DNA of 64,000 bases. Source: a virus. The DNA is taken from the IMG/VR virus record IMGVR_UViG_3300031521_000039, positions 21,198 through 85,197 of that record. The stretch is one strand, 5' to 3'. Of the stretch, positions 1-10,700 are shown one piece after another (the stretch's first letter is position 1; each line of letters opens with the position of its first letter). Under the pieces are notes generated by a model. The model was not told where the DNA came from, made no database searches, and saw only the letters and a list, made by a program, of their open reading frames with translations. The position numbers were made by a program, and so were the translations under genes.

Positions 1-64
1 CCAATGATTGGTTCTAACGCATATTTTTATTTAGATGGTATTAATTTTAAGGCAGGTGTATAAA

Positions 65-394
65 ATGAAAAAAGTTATAAGAATTGATTTAAATGGATTA
101 TTTATTGAAGAAGTGTTGATTGAAGAAAATGCAGAAATTTTGAAAGATTGTATTGAAGTTCTATGCCCAGAAGGATTTTACAAACCTAAATGGGATGGCG
201 AAAAATGGATTGAAGGTTTGACACAAAGCGAAATTGATACGCTTAAAAATACTGTAGAAAAACCAACGCAAGAAGAAATTTTAAGATCAAATTTATTAAA
301 AGACAATGTTGCTTTTAAATTACAATTAGCTCAACAACAAAAAATAAATGCTAATTTGTTAACTCAAATAGCTAAATTAGGAGGTACACAATAA
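65..394 (+). CDS. Tail fibre-associated/assembly protein (XkdW/YomQ-like)
   Basis: PEGFYKPKWDGEKWIE motif plus C-terminal coiled coil. ATG at 65 after GGCAGGTG. Confidence 0.65.
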   Translation: MKKVIRIDLNGLFIEEVLIEENAEILKDCIEVLCPEGFYKPKWDGEKWIEGLTQSEIDTLKNTVEKPTQEEILRSNLLKDNVAFKLQLAQQQKINANLLTQIAKLGGTQ

Positions 395-552
395 TGGATA
401 ATAATTTTTGGTTTGGAATAATTAAAGAATATTACAATTTGAGGTTATATACTGCAAGTGATTTAGATTTATTTGTACAAGTAAATTATATTACAGCAGA
501 TGAAAAAGCAACTATTATAGGGACTAATACAACTCAAGCTTCTGCATCATAG
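394..552 (+). CDS. XkdX-family small phage protein (52 aa, not in ORF track)
   Basis: Translates as MDNNFWFGIIKEYYNLRLYTASDLDLFVQVNYITADEKATIIG. ATG overlaps upstream TAA; RBS GGAGG. Confidence 0.8.
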   Translation: MDNNFWFGIIKEYYNLRLYTASDLDLFVQVNYITADEKATIIGTNTTQASAS

Positions 553-629
553 GAAAATTATGTTTACTAAAGATAGATAAAATAATAAACAAAAGATAAC
601 TATATTTAAATTTAGAAAGGATAAAAATA

Positions 630-1334
630 ATGAATAACTTAAAGAAAATTGGTTTTATATTTTTATTAGGAATGGGAATATTTATAGTAGGAGGAAATAC
701 AAATAAGGTTTATGCATCTGAAATCACAACATCTAGTAGTGTAGTATTTTATCTAGAATCTAATAATAAAACTGTGGGATTGGACAATACAACAAATGTA
801 AATTTATTTATCAATAATGTAACAGGAATAATGGCAGAAGATATTACTATTAGTTACAACACTAATAAATTAGAATATTTAAATGCAAATATAACAGATG
901 GAATAAATATAATTCAATCAGTAGTTACAACTAGTGGACAAGTAAGATTTATATTGTCTAGTTATGGTGATGAGAATGTAATAGACTCAACTAAAAATAT
1001 ATTACAATTACAATTTAAAACAAAAGAACAAGGCAAGTCAAAAATTCAATTAAATAATTGTAAAATATCTGATGGTATAAATATGGAAAGAAATGTATTA
1101 AAAGAAGAATGTGAAGGAATAGTTATTAAAGTCAATAACGATGTTAATGGAGATGGCGAATTCACATTGTTAGATTTAGCGATTGATTCTAAATATTTGA
1201 ATGAGGATGCAATTTCCAATGACGATTATACAACAGATGTAGTAGTTAATGGAAAAACTGATAAAGATGATTTAGATAAAATTTCACAAGAAATTCTTAA
1301 AAATAAGGATTATTATAATTTTGAGAAAAAATAA
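630..1334 (+). CDS. Secreted cohesin + dockerin-like domain protein
   Basis: Signal peptide ending VYA; cohesin-like beta domain (ISYNTNKLEY, ILQLQFK); Ca-binding dockerin-like repeats DVNGDGEFTLLDL and DVVVNGKTDKDDL. Confidence 0.75.
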   Translation: MNNLKKIGFIFLLGMGIFIVGGNTNKVYASEITTSSSVVFYLESNNKTVGLDNTTNVNLFINNVTGIMAEDITISYNTNKLEYLNANITDGINIIQSVVTTSGQVRFILSSYGDENVIDSTKNILQLQFKTKEQGKSKIQLNNCKISDGINMERNVLKEECEGIVIKVNNDVNGDGEFTLLDLAIDSKYLNEDAISNDDYTTDVVVNGKTDKDDLDKISQEILKNKDYYNFEKK

Positions 1335-1470
1335 ATTAATTCACTTTAAAAGAATCATTTTATGGTTAGTTATTAGGTTACTATTTAATTATTATGCAAA
1401 GTAAAGTATGCTAAAAACTTAATTCGTAGTTTATCTATTAACTTATAAATCAATAAGAATTGGTAATTAT

Positions 1471-1502
1471 AAAGACTTGGACGAAATATTTCAAGTCTTT
1501 TA
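1471..1502 (+). terminator. Rho-independent terminator
   Basis: AAAGACTTG...CAAGTCTTT followed by T. Confidence 0.6.
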
Positions 1503-1523
1503 TCATGTAAAAAATAAAATAAA

Positions 1524-2549
1524 TTGAAAGAAGATGATGTGTTAGTGGATAATAAATTAACAGATATAGAAGTGCAAGAATTAATTAAACAATATCCAAT
1601 AGGTGTACTAGATAGTCCAATAGATGAAAGAGATTATCTATACGAACCTACTTGTGCAACCCAGCAAGAATTACCTAGTTCATTTTCATTAGACTATAAT
1701 TATCCTATTCTTAATCAAGGTCAAATAGGTAGTTGTGTAGCACATAGTATTGCAGAAATGAAATCATATATTAATGCAGTAGATAATACTAATATATATT
1801 CGGTTGGATTTATATATGCTAATAGAAAAGAAGATGACTTTAGTGGAAATGGATTAATTCCTAGACAAGCTTTATCTAATATCGTATTAGATGGAGATTG
1901 TTTAAATAGTGATTTCCCAATTAATGAAGAATATCCTAGTATATTAAGTACTTTAGATAGATATAACAAAGAACAACTTTTTGAGAAAGCAAGTAAACAT
2001 AGAAGTAAAGCATTTGCGAAATTAGAAGTAGAACAAATTAAAGAATATTTAGTTAATCAACAAAAACCTATTTTAATTACTGTAAAAGTATATAGTAGTT
2101 TTTATCAATCAAGATATGAAAAAGGAATAGTACGAGATGAAACTTATGGAACTTATTTTGGTTCACATGCAATGGTGATTATAGGTTATGATAGTGACAC
2201 TTTAAAGATACTAAATAGTTGGGGTGACTTTGGTGATAATGGGTATATTTATTTAAATATCAATAATCCAATTATTAAAGAATTATGGGTATTGGAAGAT
2301 GAAAAAATCATTAAGCCAGTTAAGAAGACTTATTGGAGAGTACAAGTTTCAGCTAATAAATTAAAAGAATCAGCAATTGAGGATTGTAATAAATTAGCTA
2401 CATATGGCATAGATACTTGTCCAGTATTAGTTAATGGATGGTGGAAAGTTCAATGTGGATGTTTTACTAATGAGGAAAATAGGGACAATATTACTAAGAA
2501 GTTAGAAGATTTAGGATATGTAGTTTATATTGAAAAAGTTGAAAAATAA
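1524..2549 (+). CDS. Papain-like C1 cysteine peptidase with C-terminal SPOR domain
   Basis: QGQIGSCVAH (Cys), SHAMVIIGY (His), NSWG (Asn). SPOR repeats YWRVQV and WKVQCGCF. Confidence 0.85.
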   Translation: MKEDDVLVDNKLTDIEVQELIKQYPIGVLDSPIDERDYLYEPTCATQQELPSSFSLDYNYPILNQGQIGSCVAHSIAEMKSYINAVDNTNIYSVGFIYANRKEDDFSGNGLIPRQALSNIVLDGDCLNSDFPINEEYPSILSTLDRYNKEQLFEKASKHRSKAFAKLEVEQIKEYLVNQQKPILITVKVYSSFYQSRYEKGIVRDETYGTYFGSHAMVIIGYDSDTLKILNSWGDFGDNGYIYLNINNPIIKELWVLEDEKIIKPVKKTYWRVQVSANKLKESAIEDCNKLATYGIDTCPVLVNGWWKVQCGCFTNEENRDNITKKLEDLGYVVYIEKVEK

Positions 2550-2563
2550 AAGGAGTTGATATA

Positions 2564-3391
2564 ATGTTAGAAATTCAACAACAAATTATTAGTGGCAATA
2601 AGACTAGAAGAAGTATTCAACCACAATGGTTAGTCGTTCATGATACAGGCGATGAAGGTGCTACTGCACAAAACGAACATGATTATTTTAATGGTGGTGA
2701 TCGAGGAGCTAGTGCAGATGTATTTATAGATAGTAATAATATTATTCAAATTATAGATACAGATGAATTCTACAGCTGGGCAATAGGTGATGGAAGGGGT
2801 AAATATGGAAAAACTAATTCTAATTCTATGAGTTTTGAGATGTCTATTGGAAGTGATGGACAACCCACAGAAACTACTATTCAAAATACATTAGATGCAG
2901 TTAAATATTTTATGAATAAATATAATATTGACATTGATCATGTTGTAACTCATCATGAATGTTCAGATAAGAATTGTCCAGCTTCGTTTAACACAGATGG
3001 GAATTGGACTAAATGGAATGAATTTAAGAATAGGTTAGCTAATGGTTCTGCTTATAAACAAGGTTGGAATCAAAATTCTAAAGGTTGGTTTTATTGTACA
3101 GATGTAGATAATAGATATTACTATAAAGATACATGGAAAGAAATAAATTCAGAATGGTATTGTTTTGATTTAGACGGTTATGCAAAACAAAACAATTGGA
3201 AATTATATCAAAATAAATGGTATTACCTCGATAAAGATTGTAAAATGTCAAAATCAAAATGGATATCATGGAAAGATGAATTTTATTATGCCAATGAAAA
3301 AGGTGAAATGTTAACTAATTGTTTTACGCCTGATAATTATTGGGTAGATTTAGATGGTTCATGGAACAACAGAGCAAAAGGAATTAAATAA
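2564..3391 (+). CDS. Endolysin, N-acetylmuramoyl-L-alanine amidase (Amidase_2) with choline-binding-type cell-wall repeats
   Basis: VVHDT, THHE, KNCP Zn motifs; WYY/WFY repeats at the C-terminus. Confidence 0.9.
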   Translation: MLEIQQQIISGNKTRRSIQPQWLVVHDTGDEGATAQNEHDYFNGGDRGASADVFIDSNNIIQIIDTDEFYSWAIGDGRGKYGKTNSNSMSFEMSIGSDGQPTETTIQNTLDAVKYFMNKYNIDIDHVVTHHECSDKNCPASFNTDGNWTKWNEFKNRLANGSAYKQGWNQNSKGWFYCTDVDNRYYYKDTWKEINSEWYCFDLDGYAKQNNWKLYQNKWYYLDKDCKMSKSKWISWKDEFYYANEKGEMLTNCFTPDNYWVDLDGSWNNRAKGIK

Positions 3392-3439
3392 ATTAATATA
3401 AAAATATAATAGTTATGCTACTTAAAAGGCAAAAGGAGT

Positions 3440-4246
3440 ATGATAATTATGGATAATCAATTATTAAATCAAACTTTGGGTGCTATTATTTCAATAGTAC
3501 AAATATTATTACCACTAGGTAGTGCTTTTTATGGTTTTTATAAAGTAGGTGGTGTGAAATTTATTAAATCTAAAATAGGATTAATTAGTGACTCAAGAAC
3601 AAGAGATTTAGTTAATGCTGGGTTTGATAGAATTGTAGACTTGCTTGATACAGAAATTACTAATGCAGAATCTACTGCAAAACCATTAATTCTACAAAAA
3701 ATAGCTGAGGGACAATTAAATAAAGATAGCTTAAAAGATATTGGTGTTGAAGTAGCTAAATCAGTAATGAGTCAATTGCCAGAAAAAACTATAAATTTAC
3801 TACAACAAGAAGTAAATGATGTTAGTGTTTATGTAAATAAAAAATTAGAACAACGTCTTGATAAACTAAAACAAGATTCAAATAGTGGAGTATCTAAAAC
3901 TATTTTACCAGAAGTAATCACTCCTATAGTTGATACAACTGAATTAGAAAATAAGAATATAGAACTTACTAACAAGAATTCAACTCTTAGTGATGAAGTT
4001 AATGATTTACAAAATGCTAATTTGCAACTTACTCAAAATTCAGAACAAGTACAAACTGAAAAAGATAATTTATTAGCACAAGTAAATCAATTACAAGCTA
4101 AGTTAGATACTATAAATAATGCAATAGCTACTGCAAATATAAGTAATAATGTAACTGTTGGTGGTATTATAGTTAATAGTAATGACGCAACTAATTTAGT
4201 AAATAATATTACTGATATTACTAGTCAATCATTTACAATGCAATAA
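3440..4246 (+). CDS. Holin-like membrane protein with long coiled-coil tail
   Basis: One N-terminal TM segment, directly after the amidase; heptad C-terminus. Confidence 0.55.
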   Translation: MIIMDNQLLNQTLGAIISIVQILLPLGSAFYGFYKVGGVKFIKSKIGLISDSRTRDLVNAGFDRIVDLLDTEITNAESTAKPLILQKIAEGQLNKDSLKDIGVEVAKSVMSQLPEKTINLLQQEVNDVSVYVNKKLEQRLDKLKQDSNSGVSKTILPEVITPIVDTTELENKNIELTNKNSTLSDEVNDLQNANLQLTQNSEQVQTEKDNLLAQVNQLQAKLDTINNAIATANISNNVTVGGIIVNSNDATNLVNNITDITSQSFTMQ

Positions 4247-4286
4247 ATAAATTAATAACTTAAAACAATTAATTTATTGGGATTTG

Positions 4287-4320
4287 AAAGGCTTAGGGAT
4301 TATTCTCTAGGTCTTTTATT
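4287..4320 (+). terminator. Terminator after lysis cassette
   Basis: AAAGGCTTAGGGA...TCTCTAGGTCTTTT. Confidence 0.55.
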
Positions 4321-4414
4321 ATATGGTTATACTCTACGAGGTTTTCATGCTTACGCATGATTTGTTATTTCCAATCAAAGATTTTCATAACAAAAATTTA
4401 TTTTATTATTTTAA

Positions 4415-4444
4415 TGGTGTTCATCTATATGGTGAATAACTAAA
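4415..4444 (+). promoter_or_regulatory. Conserved leader hairpin, copy 1
   Basis: 23/30 identical to 7315-7344 with two compensatory base-pair changes. Confidence 0.6.
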
Positions 4445-4476
4445 AATAATTATTATCAAAAGGAGTGTATTAAATT

Positions 4477-4764
4477 ATGAAAACAGTATTTAGTTATAAG
4501 GATTTAGGATTAGCTTCCTATATTATTACTAATGGAAATGACTTCAAAGGAATAGAAATTAAGTATTCCAAAAGGTTTAATGAATTTAAAATATATGTTC
4601 AAGTAGAAGGTGAAAAAGAACAATTAATTAAAATGAAAAATTACTATGAAGAAAATAAAATAATGATAAATAAAACCAAAATAATACAAGACATGATTAT
4701 AGTCCTATCGGACAAAGTAGAAAGAATTCTGAAGAATGAAGAAGACAACAGTATTGAAAGCTAG
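4477..4764 (+). CDS. Small phage protein (DUF5659-like)
   Basis: KDLGLASYIITNG...GIE pattern; RBS AAGGAG. Confidence 0.45.
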   Translation: MKTVFSYKDLGLASYIITNGNDFKGIEIKYSKRFNEFKIYVQVEGEKEQLIKMKNYYEENKIMINKTKIIQDMIIVLSDKVERILKNEEDNSIES

Positions 4765-4803
4765 TTATAGCCTAGAGTAAATTGACATACAAAGTTAACT
4801 ATC

Positions 4804-4838
4804 GGACATACCTGTCATTAAGTTGGACATGGACGTCC
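4804..4838. promoter_or_regulatory. Tandem palindromic operators
   Basis: GGACATACCTGTCA (4804) and GGACATGGACGTCC (4825), 21 bp apart, downstream of TTGACA (4782). Confidence 0.5.
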
Positions 4839-4865
4839 TAATTGAGAAGGAGGTGCATTTAAATT

Positions 4866-5513
4866 ATGCAAGAAATAGAAATATCAGATTATATAAAAGA
4901 ATTAAATAGCCAGTTTATAGAAACTATAGGTGGTTCATATTGTAAAATAAGTACTGGAGAACTGTTTACACAAACTGAGGTAAATAAATATGTAAAATTA
5001 AAAATAGAAGAATATAATACTTTGTATATTGCATCAGTTAGAAGTATAGCAGATAAAGAAGGTATAAATTTAGATCAGCATTTAATTAATAACAGAAGTA
5101 AAAAGAAAACTAATAAGAAATTAAAAGAAAGATATGATGGTGGAGAATTTAATATGGTATATAGAGAAAGGTTAGGTGATATTATGGCTTTAAAATTAAA
5201 TGCTACAGAAAAGGGAGTATGGTACTCTTTAGGAGAATTATGTACATATCCTACTAATACAGTTATGATTGGTGGTAATATCCCTTCTTTTGAAGATATA
5301 TCAGTTTATATTGGGATGTCAGAAAGGAATCTAAGAAGATATTTAAAGATTCTTGAAGATAAAAACTTAATGAAAACAAGTCAATGTGGTTACAAAAAAT
5401 CTATAGTAATTAATCCTGAATATTATGCTACAGGAAAAGAATTAGATATTGATACTTTGAAACTGTTTAATTTAGTTGAATGTGATGATAATAAAATAAA
5501 TGAGAACTTGTAA
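4866..5513 (+). CDS. Winged-HTH protein (RepL-like)
   Basis: SFEDISVYIGMSERNLRRYLKILEDKNLM HTH followed by INPEYYATG. Confidence 0.6.
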   Translation: MQEIEISDYIKELNSQFIETIGGSYCKISTGELFTQTEVNKYVKLKIEEYNTLYIASVRSIADKEGINLDQHLINNRSKKKTNKKLKERYDGGEFNMVYRERLGDIMALKLNATEKGVWYSLGELCTYPTNTVMIGGNIPSFEDISVYIGMSERNLRRYLKILEDKNLMKTSQCGYKKSIVINPEYYATGKELDIDTLKLFNLVECDDNKINENL

Positions 5514-5545
5514 ATAAATTAAAAATAAAAGGAGTGTATTTAATT

Positions 5546-6664
5546 ATGCAAAATAAGATAATTGATTGTGGAATATATAAAATTATAAATAAGACAAATG
5601 GTAAACTTTATGTCGGTAGTAGTAAACATATTCATCAAAGATGGGACGAACATAAAGAAATGTTAGTAAATAATAGACATCATTCTATAAAACTTCAAAG
5701 AGCGTGGAATAAGTATGGCAAAGATAATTTTAAGTTTGATATAATTCAAGAGTGTAAAGAAAGTGAATTACTAGATGTTGAGCAAAGATGGATAGATGAA
5801 TTAGATTCATTTAAAAATGGTTATAACTGTACCAATGATACAAAAAATCCATTTAAAGAATATGATAAAACCAATAAAGAAGAAACCTTGGAAAAGTATC
5901 ATAATATATTACTAGAAATGAAGCAAGGAATTTACTTAATAATTACTGAAAAAGCATATTATGAAAGAATGTTAGAAAAAACAAATAAGAAAACATATGA
6001 CTATAAAAGAATAGCCACTATTATGTATTGGTTTAAAACTAATTTTGATATTACTAAATATATTTTATATATAGATATTAAGGGTAAAAAGACAACAAAT
6101 ATAAATATACAAATATGGGATATGAAACAAAACAAATGTTTATATGATTACATAGAAAAAACTAAAACAATATATTATATAGGAACTGTATTAAAAGGAA
6201 GAAGTGAAATAATAGACAATACATTTAAAATTGATAAAGAAAATCCATTTTATAAATATAATTACATAGGAAAAACCTTTATCTTAGACATGGACAATAT
6301 AACTTATTTAGCAAAAGATGATGTCAAATTATATTTTGAGTATATTTATAATAGAAATGCTTGTGAGTTGCATTTTAAAAGTAGCAAAGCTGGAAAAGTT
6401 ACATTTGATGACGAAATAAGAATGGAGTATACAAATTATATTGATATATTAAAAACTATTTATATAGAACAATATAAAAATGTAAAAATTATAATAAACG
6501 AAATATTACAAAATTTATATAATATTGTTTTAGATAAGAACCAAATAAAATCCGTAGAACAAAATTTAAAAAAATATAAAATATATGGGGAGTTAAAGAG
6601 TATCTGCAAAGAATACAATTATAAATATAAAACATCAAAAGGCACTATTGTTATCTATAATTAA
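5546..6664 (+). CDS. GIY-YIG homing endonuclease
   Basis: CGIYKI...LYVGSS...RWDEH...EQRWI...GYN. ATG at 5546 after AAGGAG. Confidence 0.85.
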   Translation: MQNKIIDCGIYKIINKTNGKLYVGSSKHIHQRWDEHKEMLVNNRHHSIKLQRAWNKYGKDNFKFDIIQECKESELLDVEQRWIDELDSFKNGYNCTNDTKNPFKEYDKTNKEETLEKYHNILLEMKQGIYLIITEKAYYERMLEKTNKKTYDYKRIATIMYWFKTNFDITKYILYIDIKGKKTTNINIQIWDMKQNKCLYDYIEKTKTIYYIGTVLKGRSEIIDNTFKIDKENPFYKYNYIGKTFILDMDNITYLAKDDVKLYFEYIYNRNACELHFKSSKAGKVTFDDEIRMEYTNYIDILKTIYIEQYKNVKIIINEILQNLYNIVLDKNQIKSVEQNLKKYKIYGELKSICKEYNYKYKTSKGTIVIYN

Positions 6665-6707
6665 TAATTACATAGTAAACAAATTAATATAACAAGGGGT
6701 AATTAAA

Positions 6708-7010
6708 ATGAGTGGAGTATACATAATTAAAAATTTAAATAAATCTACTGAGGACAAGCTTTTCATGAAGATAGGATGCTCAAAAGATATAAATAAAAGA
6801 TTTTCTCAGATAAAAAGTAGTCATCGTTTTAATGGCAACTTAGATGAATTACAAATATATAAAATAATAGAATGTAAATCATATATGAAATTAGAAAAAA
6901 TAATTCATCAAATAATGAAAAGCAGACAAATAACTAATGAATGGTATTTTACAGAACAAAGTTTTTTAGAAGGTAGACTAGCTATGGTTGATTTATCAAG
7001 ATACAATTAA
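6708..7010 (+). CDS. GIY-YIG-like protein (T5orf172/MUG113 type)
   Basis: GVYII, KIGCS...R, LEKIIH, EWY. Confidence 0.75.
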   Translation: MSGVYIIKNLNKSTEDKLFMKIGCSKDINKRFSQIKSSHRFNGNLDELQIYKIIECKSYMKLEKIIHQIMKSRQITNEWYFTEQSFLEGRLAMVDLSRYN

Positions 7011-7029
7011 TAAATTAATAGAATAATAA

Positions 7030-7058
7030 AAGAGATTAGATTTATATTTCTAATCTCC
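7030..7058. terminator. Hairpin between convergent genes
   Basis: GAGATTAGA...TCTAATCTC. Confidence 0.55.
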
Positions 7059-7229
7059 TTATCTACTTAAAGTATATATAAAACATAATATTACATATTC
7101 AAGCAAATCTTTATTTGCTATATTTTTATGTTTTATAAAATGCTTATTGACTAAAATAATTGTGTAAATAATCATCCCTATGGATGAAATAACTTTTAAT
7201 ACAGTATTTGTAGCGGTTAAATATTCCAT
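7059..7229 (-). CDS. Small two-TM membrane protein, counter-oriented moron (56 aa)
   Basis: ATG at 7229 after GAGGTG; two hydrophobic segments. Confidence 0.55.
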   Translation of the reverse strand: MEYLTATNTVLKVISSIGMIIYTIILVNKHFIKHKNIANKDLLEYVILCFIYTLSR

Positions 7230-7314
7230 AACATCACCTCTAATATTATTATTTACTATTAGTATTGATGTTATACATACTTTAAAATTCATCATTTATA
7301 AATAGTTATATTTG

Positions 7315-7344
7315 TGGTGCTTATCTAATAGGTAAGTAACTAAA
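7315..7344 (+). promoter_or_regulatory. Conserved leader hairpin, copy 2
   Basis: Covarying copy of 4415-4444; precedes the 16-kb structural module. Confidence 0.6.
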
Positions 7345-7409
7345 TACAACTAACGAATGTGATACGTAGGCATTCGGAGTAATTTAAAAAACAGAAAGGA
7401 TGATTTATA

Positions 7410-7721
7410 ATGGCAAATATTTTATACGATGTATATCAAGGGGATAATTACGATCCAAATAGTAAGAAATATGAAATAACTGTAACAGTAGATGATGAAA
7501 TAGATTCAACTACAATAAATACAATACTTCCTAATAACGGAGAAAGGTATAAAACCGTTTCAGGATTAGCATTTCTTCCCACAGATTCATCAGCAACAAT
7601 TTATACTCCAACAAAAATGATAGTAGCTTCATTTGTAGCAGAATTTGGAACAGGGATAAATATAACTACAGGATATAAAGATGGAACATGGAAAATTTTA
7701 GCTTCAGTAGCATTTAAGTAA
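7410..7721 (+). CDS. Hypothetical virion protein
   Basis: RBS AAAGGA; first gene of the module. Confidence 0.5.
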   Translation: MANILYDVYQGDNYDPNSKKYEITVTVDDEIDSTTINTILPNNGERYKTVSGLAFLPTDSSATIYTPTKMIVASFVAEFGTGINITTGYKDGTWKILASVAFK

Positions 7722-7750
7722 AATAAATTATGAAAGGATGGTGATAAATT

Positions 7751-10700
7751 ATGATGTCAGACAATAAGATAATTGCATTAATACAGGGGTTATCAGAACA
7801 AGTTTCTGCACAATTCAATGGAGTAGGAATTAAATCAATGATATTTGTTGATCCCAATATATTTAGATTCACATTAAATGATGCTTCTAGCACAGTTTCA
7901 GATGTAGTTGTCGCAGATTTTAATAATTTTACAAATAAAGAAAAAGCTATAGTAAATAAATTATTAGGATTATATTCTGCAAATAAAAAAGATACCTATA
8001 TAGGTGGCGATTTACAGTTATATCCTGTTCAAGGATTTAATCAAACAAATAACAATAAATCATTTACTATTTTATCTAGTAATTTTACAAAAGTTTCGGA
8101 GGATGAATATTATATAGATGTGATACATGGTTTAAATGACTTAAATTGCATACCTACAATTGTAAATAATAATAATGAAGGTTGCACAGAAGGTTGGAAA
8201 TATGAAGATGCTGATACAATAAGAATAACTTCTACATCTCCATTTCAAGGACGTTGCGTCGTAAATTACAGTTCAAGTAATGGACAAAGATTAGATAATA
8301 TTTCATGTGTTAAATCTAGTTATATTTTTGAAAGCAATATAGAAAGAGATGATTACTTCAGTGCAAATATGAATTTTTTACAAAACGGACTCGTTGTTAT
8401 AGTCAATGATGGAACAACTAAAACTTTATATACTTGGGAAGGAATAGATAGTCCACAAGGATTATATCTTCCAAGTTCATGGTCGGATAGTACTGCATTG
8501 ATAAAAGGCGAAAAAGGTATAGGTTTAAAACCTAAACACAAATTTGAGAACAATAAATTATATTTCGAAAATTCAGATGGAACTTTTGATGAAGGTTTAG
8601 TTTTATATGGGAACATAGATAAAAGTAATTTTACAGAGTTTTTAAAGGATTTCGAAGGAAACAATCTAGACGACCTTACTTTGTACTTAGACACGCACAA
8701 AGAATTTCTTAATGGAATATTTATTGGCGATGAGAAATCAGAAGGTTCTTTTAAAATAGTAACAAATAATAGTAAATTAGAATATCAAAGATTGGAAAAC
8801 GGAATATGGAAAACTATTGGGATTATTGGTTCTTATACTACAGATGTAATTAATTTAGATTCGGCTTATAGTACAGTTAACTTTAAAACACCTACAAGAG
8901 ATTTAAACTTAGCAAGAATCACAACTGATGGAAATTCAATACAAGTAGGAGACGTGAGACTAGATAGATTAATATTATCTGGGAAAGAAGTATATTCACA
9001 AAAAATAGAAAGCACAAACACATCTCATAATTATATAGTTAATAACGATACTAGTATAACACAATCGGTTACTGATTGGGAATTTACTATAAATATACCA
9101 TCTCAAAACAATTATAGTTATTATGCACTATATGCGGTTGATACAGATAATACTACTACTGGATATTATAAGTATACAATTACAGACGTGTTAACTGGAA
9201 ATTTAGTATACTATAGTGGTTCACCTTTTGAGTTAAAACAAGGATTAACGTATAAATTTACAACTACAGGATTACATACAGAAACATTACCTAAATTAGT
9301 ACATTTAACTTGTGGAAGACAATATAAAATAACTTTTACTGCACAAAATTCAATTGGATTTAAAGGTGGATTAATTGGAGGACAATTTAAACCATATTGT
9401 GTTTTAAAATATTATTTTGCAGAAGAAGATAAATTATTGTCCAAAGGTGATGTAACAGATAGCGTTTCTTCGAATAATTCAGCTACTATTGCAAGTTCAA
9501 AAGCAGTTTATACTTTATCTCAAGCTATAAATAGTATAAGTGGTGGAATGAGTCCAATCATACCAATTTCATGTGAGGATTTCTCTGCTTTAGAAAAAGG
9601 GATTAATGGTACTCATTATATTTTAACTAATGATGGTGCTATTAATGGTGAAACTGTGCATAAATTTGATAATATATTTATGGTTAATACTTTTGACAGT
9701 AGAGCCATTATAACAACTGACTATGTATTAATTCCTGTAAATAGTAATTCTAAAGGTAATATATTTATTACTAATATTGAACCTGTTAACGGTGGGAAAA
9801 GCGTAATAAAAACAATGAATAATTATCCAAATGAAGATTCTTTATTATCTGCAATGAGTGATGATAACAGCTATAAAGTGACAATTGAATGGGATAGAGG
9901 AGAAGAGTATTGTGGACAACCAACTGTAAATGGTAAAGATGTAATTGGAATTACCAATAAAGCTGGTGGGACATTTACAGGTTATATTATTTTAAATTCT
10001 ACAGATATAATTAGTAATAAAATAACATCTACTTTAAATTTAAATATATATACTATAGCTTTTTCTATAATTACGCCTCCTTCAATATCATCAATTACTT
10101 TTGGAAGTTTACCTAATAGTCAAACAGAATTAAAAGTAGGCGATACTATGAATGTAACAGTTGTAGCAGATAAACCTTTTGATACAATTGAATTTCAAGA
10201 TATAGGAGCTTTTCAATATCAAACTATAAATGTAACAAGTAATACAACCGTAACAGTAAATGGTGTAATAGCTAATCGTGGCATTACTTTACAAAATTTA
10301 AAAGCATCAATTAGAGTTAAAAGTACAGAAGGCTCTTGGAGTGGAATAACTGAAAGCATAGATACATTACCTTTAAATAATATAAAACCTAGCATTGCAT
10401 TAGTAAGTAAAACATTTTCTAGTGGATTTAGTGCATTGAAAAATTCAGAAACATGTATAGTGCAAGTATCTTCAATAGATTGTGATACTTTGATTTCAAG
10501 TGCAATCGGAACAGAATTAAATGTTGAAACAATGAGTGGTAATAGTTGTACTGTAACTAGATTAAGTGGAGATTATAATGATTTAATCGCAAACTTAAAA
10601 ATAACAGGAACTAGAATAAATAATGGAGCTACTAATTATTTAGATATTTGTGTAGAGATTGCAAATGTGTTACCTAGTTTAGCCACTTCTATAACAAAGA

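Noticed and set aside
551-567. Left palindromic site for the cohesin gene
   Set aside because: AGGAA-N6-GTTTA is too degenerate to count.
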